A stretch of DNA of 42,005 nucleotides, counting the filler, from an uncultured virus (IMG/VR IMGVR_UViG_2061766007_001905) (Duplodnaviria > Heunggongvirae > Uroviricota > Caudoviricetes). It is 15 parts of one record of this genome, joined end to end, with 100 filler letters (N's around TTAATTAATTAA, not from the genome) between each part and the next. Parts side by side here need not be neighbours in the genome. Positions count along the whole stretch, not along the records: positions 41,124 to 42,005 come from IMGVR_UViG_2061766007_001905; 14 more parts are not named here. One strand, given 5' to 3'. Position 1 is the stretch's first letter. Each line of letters begins with the position of its first letter. Shown in pieces: positions 41,124-42,005 of the stretch. The translations under genes were made by a program, and so were the position numbers. The notes beneath the pieces are model-generated. The model had not been told where the DNA came from. It was given only the letters and a program-made list of their open reading frames with translations, and did not search any database.

Positions 41124-41857
41124 AAGATGATCCTTGTGTATTTACCCTGCATGTGCACCTCTCCCCATGTCATCTTTGTAATGTCAGAGCGTCGAAGCCC
41201 TGTCAGGCATGAGAAAAGAAAAGCCCGTTTCACCCCCGGCCAGTTGCATTCTGTCTGGGACAGTCTCCTTAGCTCGTCGATGGTGAGGTACATGCGCTTG
41301 CTTTCCTCTGCCTTGAAGTTCTCTATTCCCCTCATGGGGTTTTGGAGTATAACNNNNNNNNNNNNNNNNNNNNNNNNNNNNNNGTAGGACAGCTTGGAGT
41401 TGCGGGCAAGAGGGTGGTAGTCGAGACGCGTCCTGTAGTCCGGAGACCATGCCTTTGCGTCGTTCTCCAGGTAGTCCCTGAATCCCTGCACCCATTCTGG
41501 GGTGATGTCGGCAAAGGTGATGTCCTGGTTCTTCTCGTATATCTCCAGATGCTTCAGGCACGAGTACCAGTTCCCCCAGTTGCCGCGTGACTCAGGTCCG
41601 CCCCTGCGTTTCTCGCACATGGCCTTGTAGTAGTCGAAGAATCGGATGTCATTCTCTGGCTGATGGAAACCGAACTTACCGTTCTGATAGTCAACGATGC
41701 GCTTTGCCCGGATTGCCTCGGCCAGCTTCATCGTCTNNNNNNNNNNNNNNNNNNNNNNNNNNNNNNNNNNNNNNNNNNNNNNNNNNNNNNNNNNNNNNNN
41801 NNNNNNNNNNNNNNNNNNNNNNNNNNNNNNNNNNNNNNNNNNNNNNNNNNNTGTCAT
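41124..41857 (-). CDS. Tyrosine recombinase / integrase (Bacteroidales type with arm-binding and SAM-like domains), C-terminus missing
   Basis: LAEAIRAKR; ITFADITPEWVQGFRDYL; NPMRGI..RMYLTIDEL; AFLFSCLTGLRRSDI (catalytic Arg, box I). Confidence 0.93.
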
Positions 41858-41860
41858 AAC

Positions 41861-41910
41861 TTTGTTGCTTTTGTTGCTTATTGCGTATCGAGCAACAAAA
41901 TAACAACAAA
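41861..41910. repeat. Direct plus inverted TTTGTTGCT repeats upstream of integrase (candidate arm-type sites)
   Basis: TTTGTTGCT TTTGTTGCT tattgcgtatcg AGCAACAAA at AACAACAAA. Confidence 0.6.
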
Positions 41911-42005
41911 AAAATGACAAATGGAATAAAATGAACTAAAAATGATATAATTATAACGATATTTAAGAAATCCTTTATTTATCGTGGTTATTTGAGTTTT
42001 TTTGT

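Larger units (their letters stand above)
1..42005. mobile_element. Temperate tailed phage / prophage of Bacteroidales (gapped, probably multi-strain scaffold)
   Basis: Integrase, excisionase, replication, portal, capsid, tape measure, tail and lysis genes in siphovirus order; Bacteroidetes-type TAnnTTTG promoter; no host housekeeping genes seen. Confidence 0.95.

Noticed and set aside
1..42005. Stop-codon reassignment (code 15 or 4) as in some gut phages
   Set aside because: Long genes are open under the standard code; TAG and TGA end genes at expected positions (e.g. TAG at 17685, TGATG overlaps); no suppressor tRNA seen.

Overview
Heavily gapped scaffold of a temperate siphovirus-like phage or prophage of Bacteroidales (Prevotella/Bacteroides-type gene content). 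It consists of about 15 pieces joined by 14 artificial N-TTAATTAATTAA-N linkers, with many internal N gaps, so most breaks in the ORF track are artefacts. Almost all genes are on the minus strand. Reading right to left: tyrosine integrase with upstream arm-type repeats; excisionase; recombination/replication genes (SMC-like ATPase start, MBL hydrolase, a protein with an RpoB-insert-like domain in two diverged copies, initiator, DnaC-like ATPase, PcfK, PcfJ, N6-adenine MTase, YopX, GH73 glucosaminidase, KilAC antirepressor, ASCH-like protein, SSB). A Bacteroidetes-type promoter then precedes a Na+:solute symporter / PAPS-reductase-family PP-loop enzyme / ParB-like cassette. This is followed by portal, Mu-F-like head protein, a plus-strand accessory island, scaffold, capsid, head-tail connectors, tail tube, an initiator-type tRNA-Met ending 4 nt before the tail chaperone start codon, tape measure, Dit-like and Tal-like proteins, a giant fibre (LamG, CotH-kinase-like, LRR, C-type-lectin end) and a lysis cassette (holin, 50-aa Cys-rich peptide, GH19 endolysin, spanin-like lipoprotein). 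Terminase, repressor and any DGR reverse transcriptase are not visible and may lie in gaps. Several 10-N gaps join pieces that are out of order, and at least two related strains appear mixed. Best leads: the symporter/PP-loop/ParB late cassette, the tRNA inside the tail operon, and the RpoB-insert-like phage protein. All family assignments are from motif recognition, not database searches.
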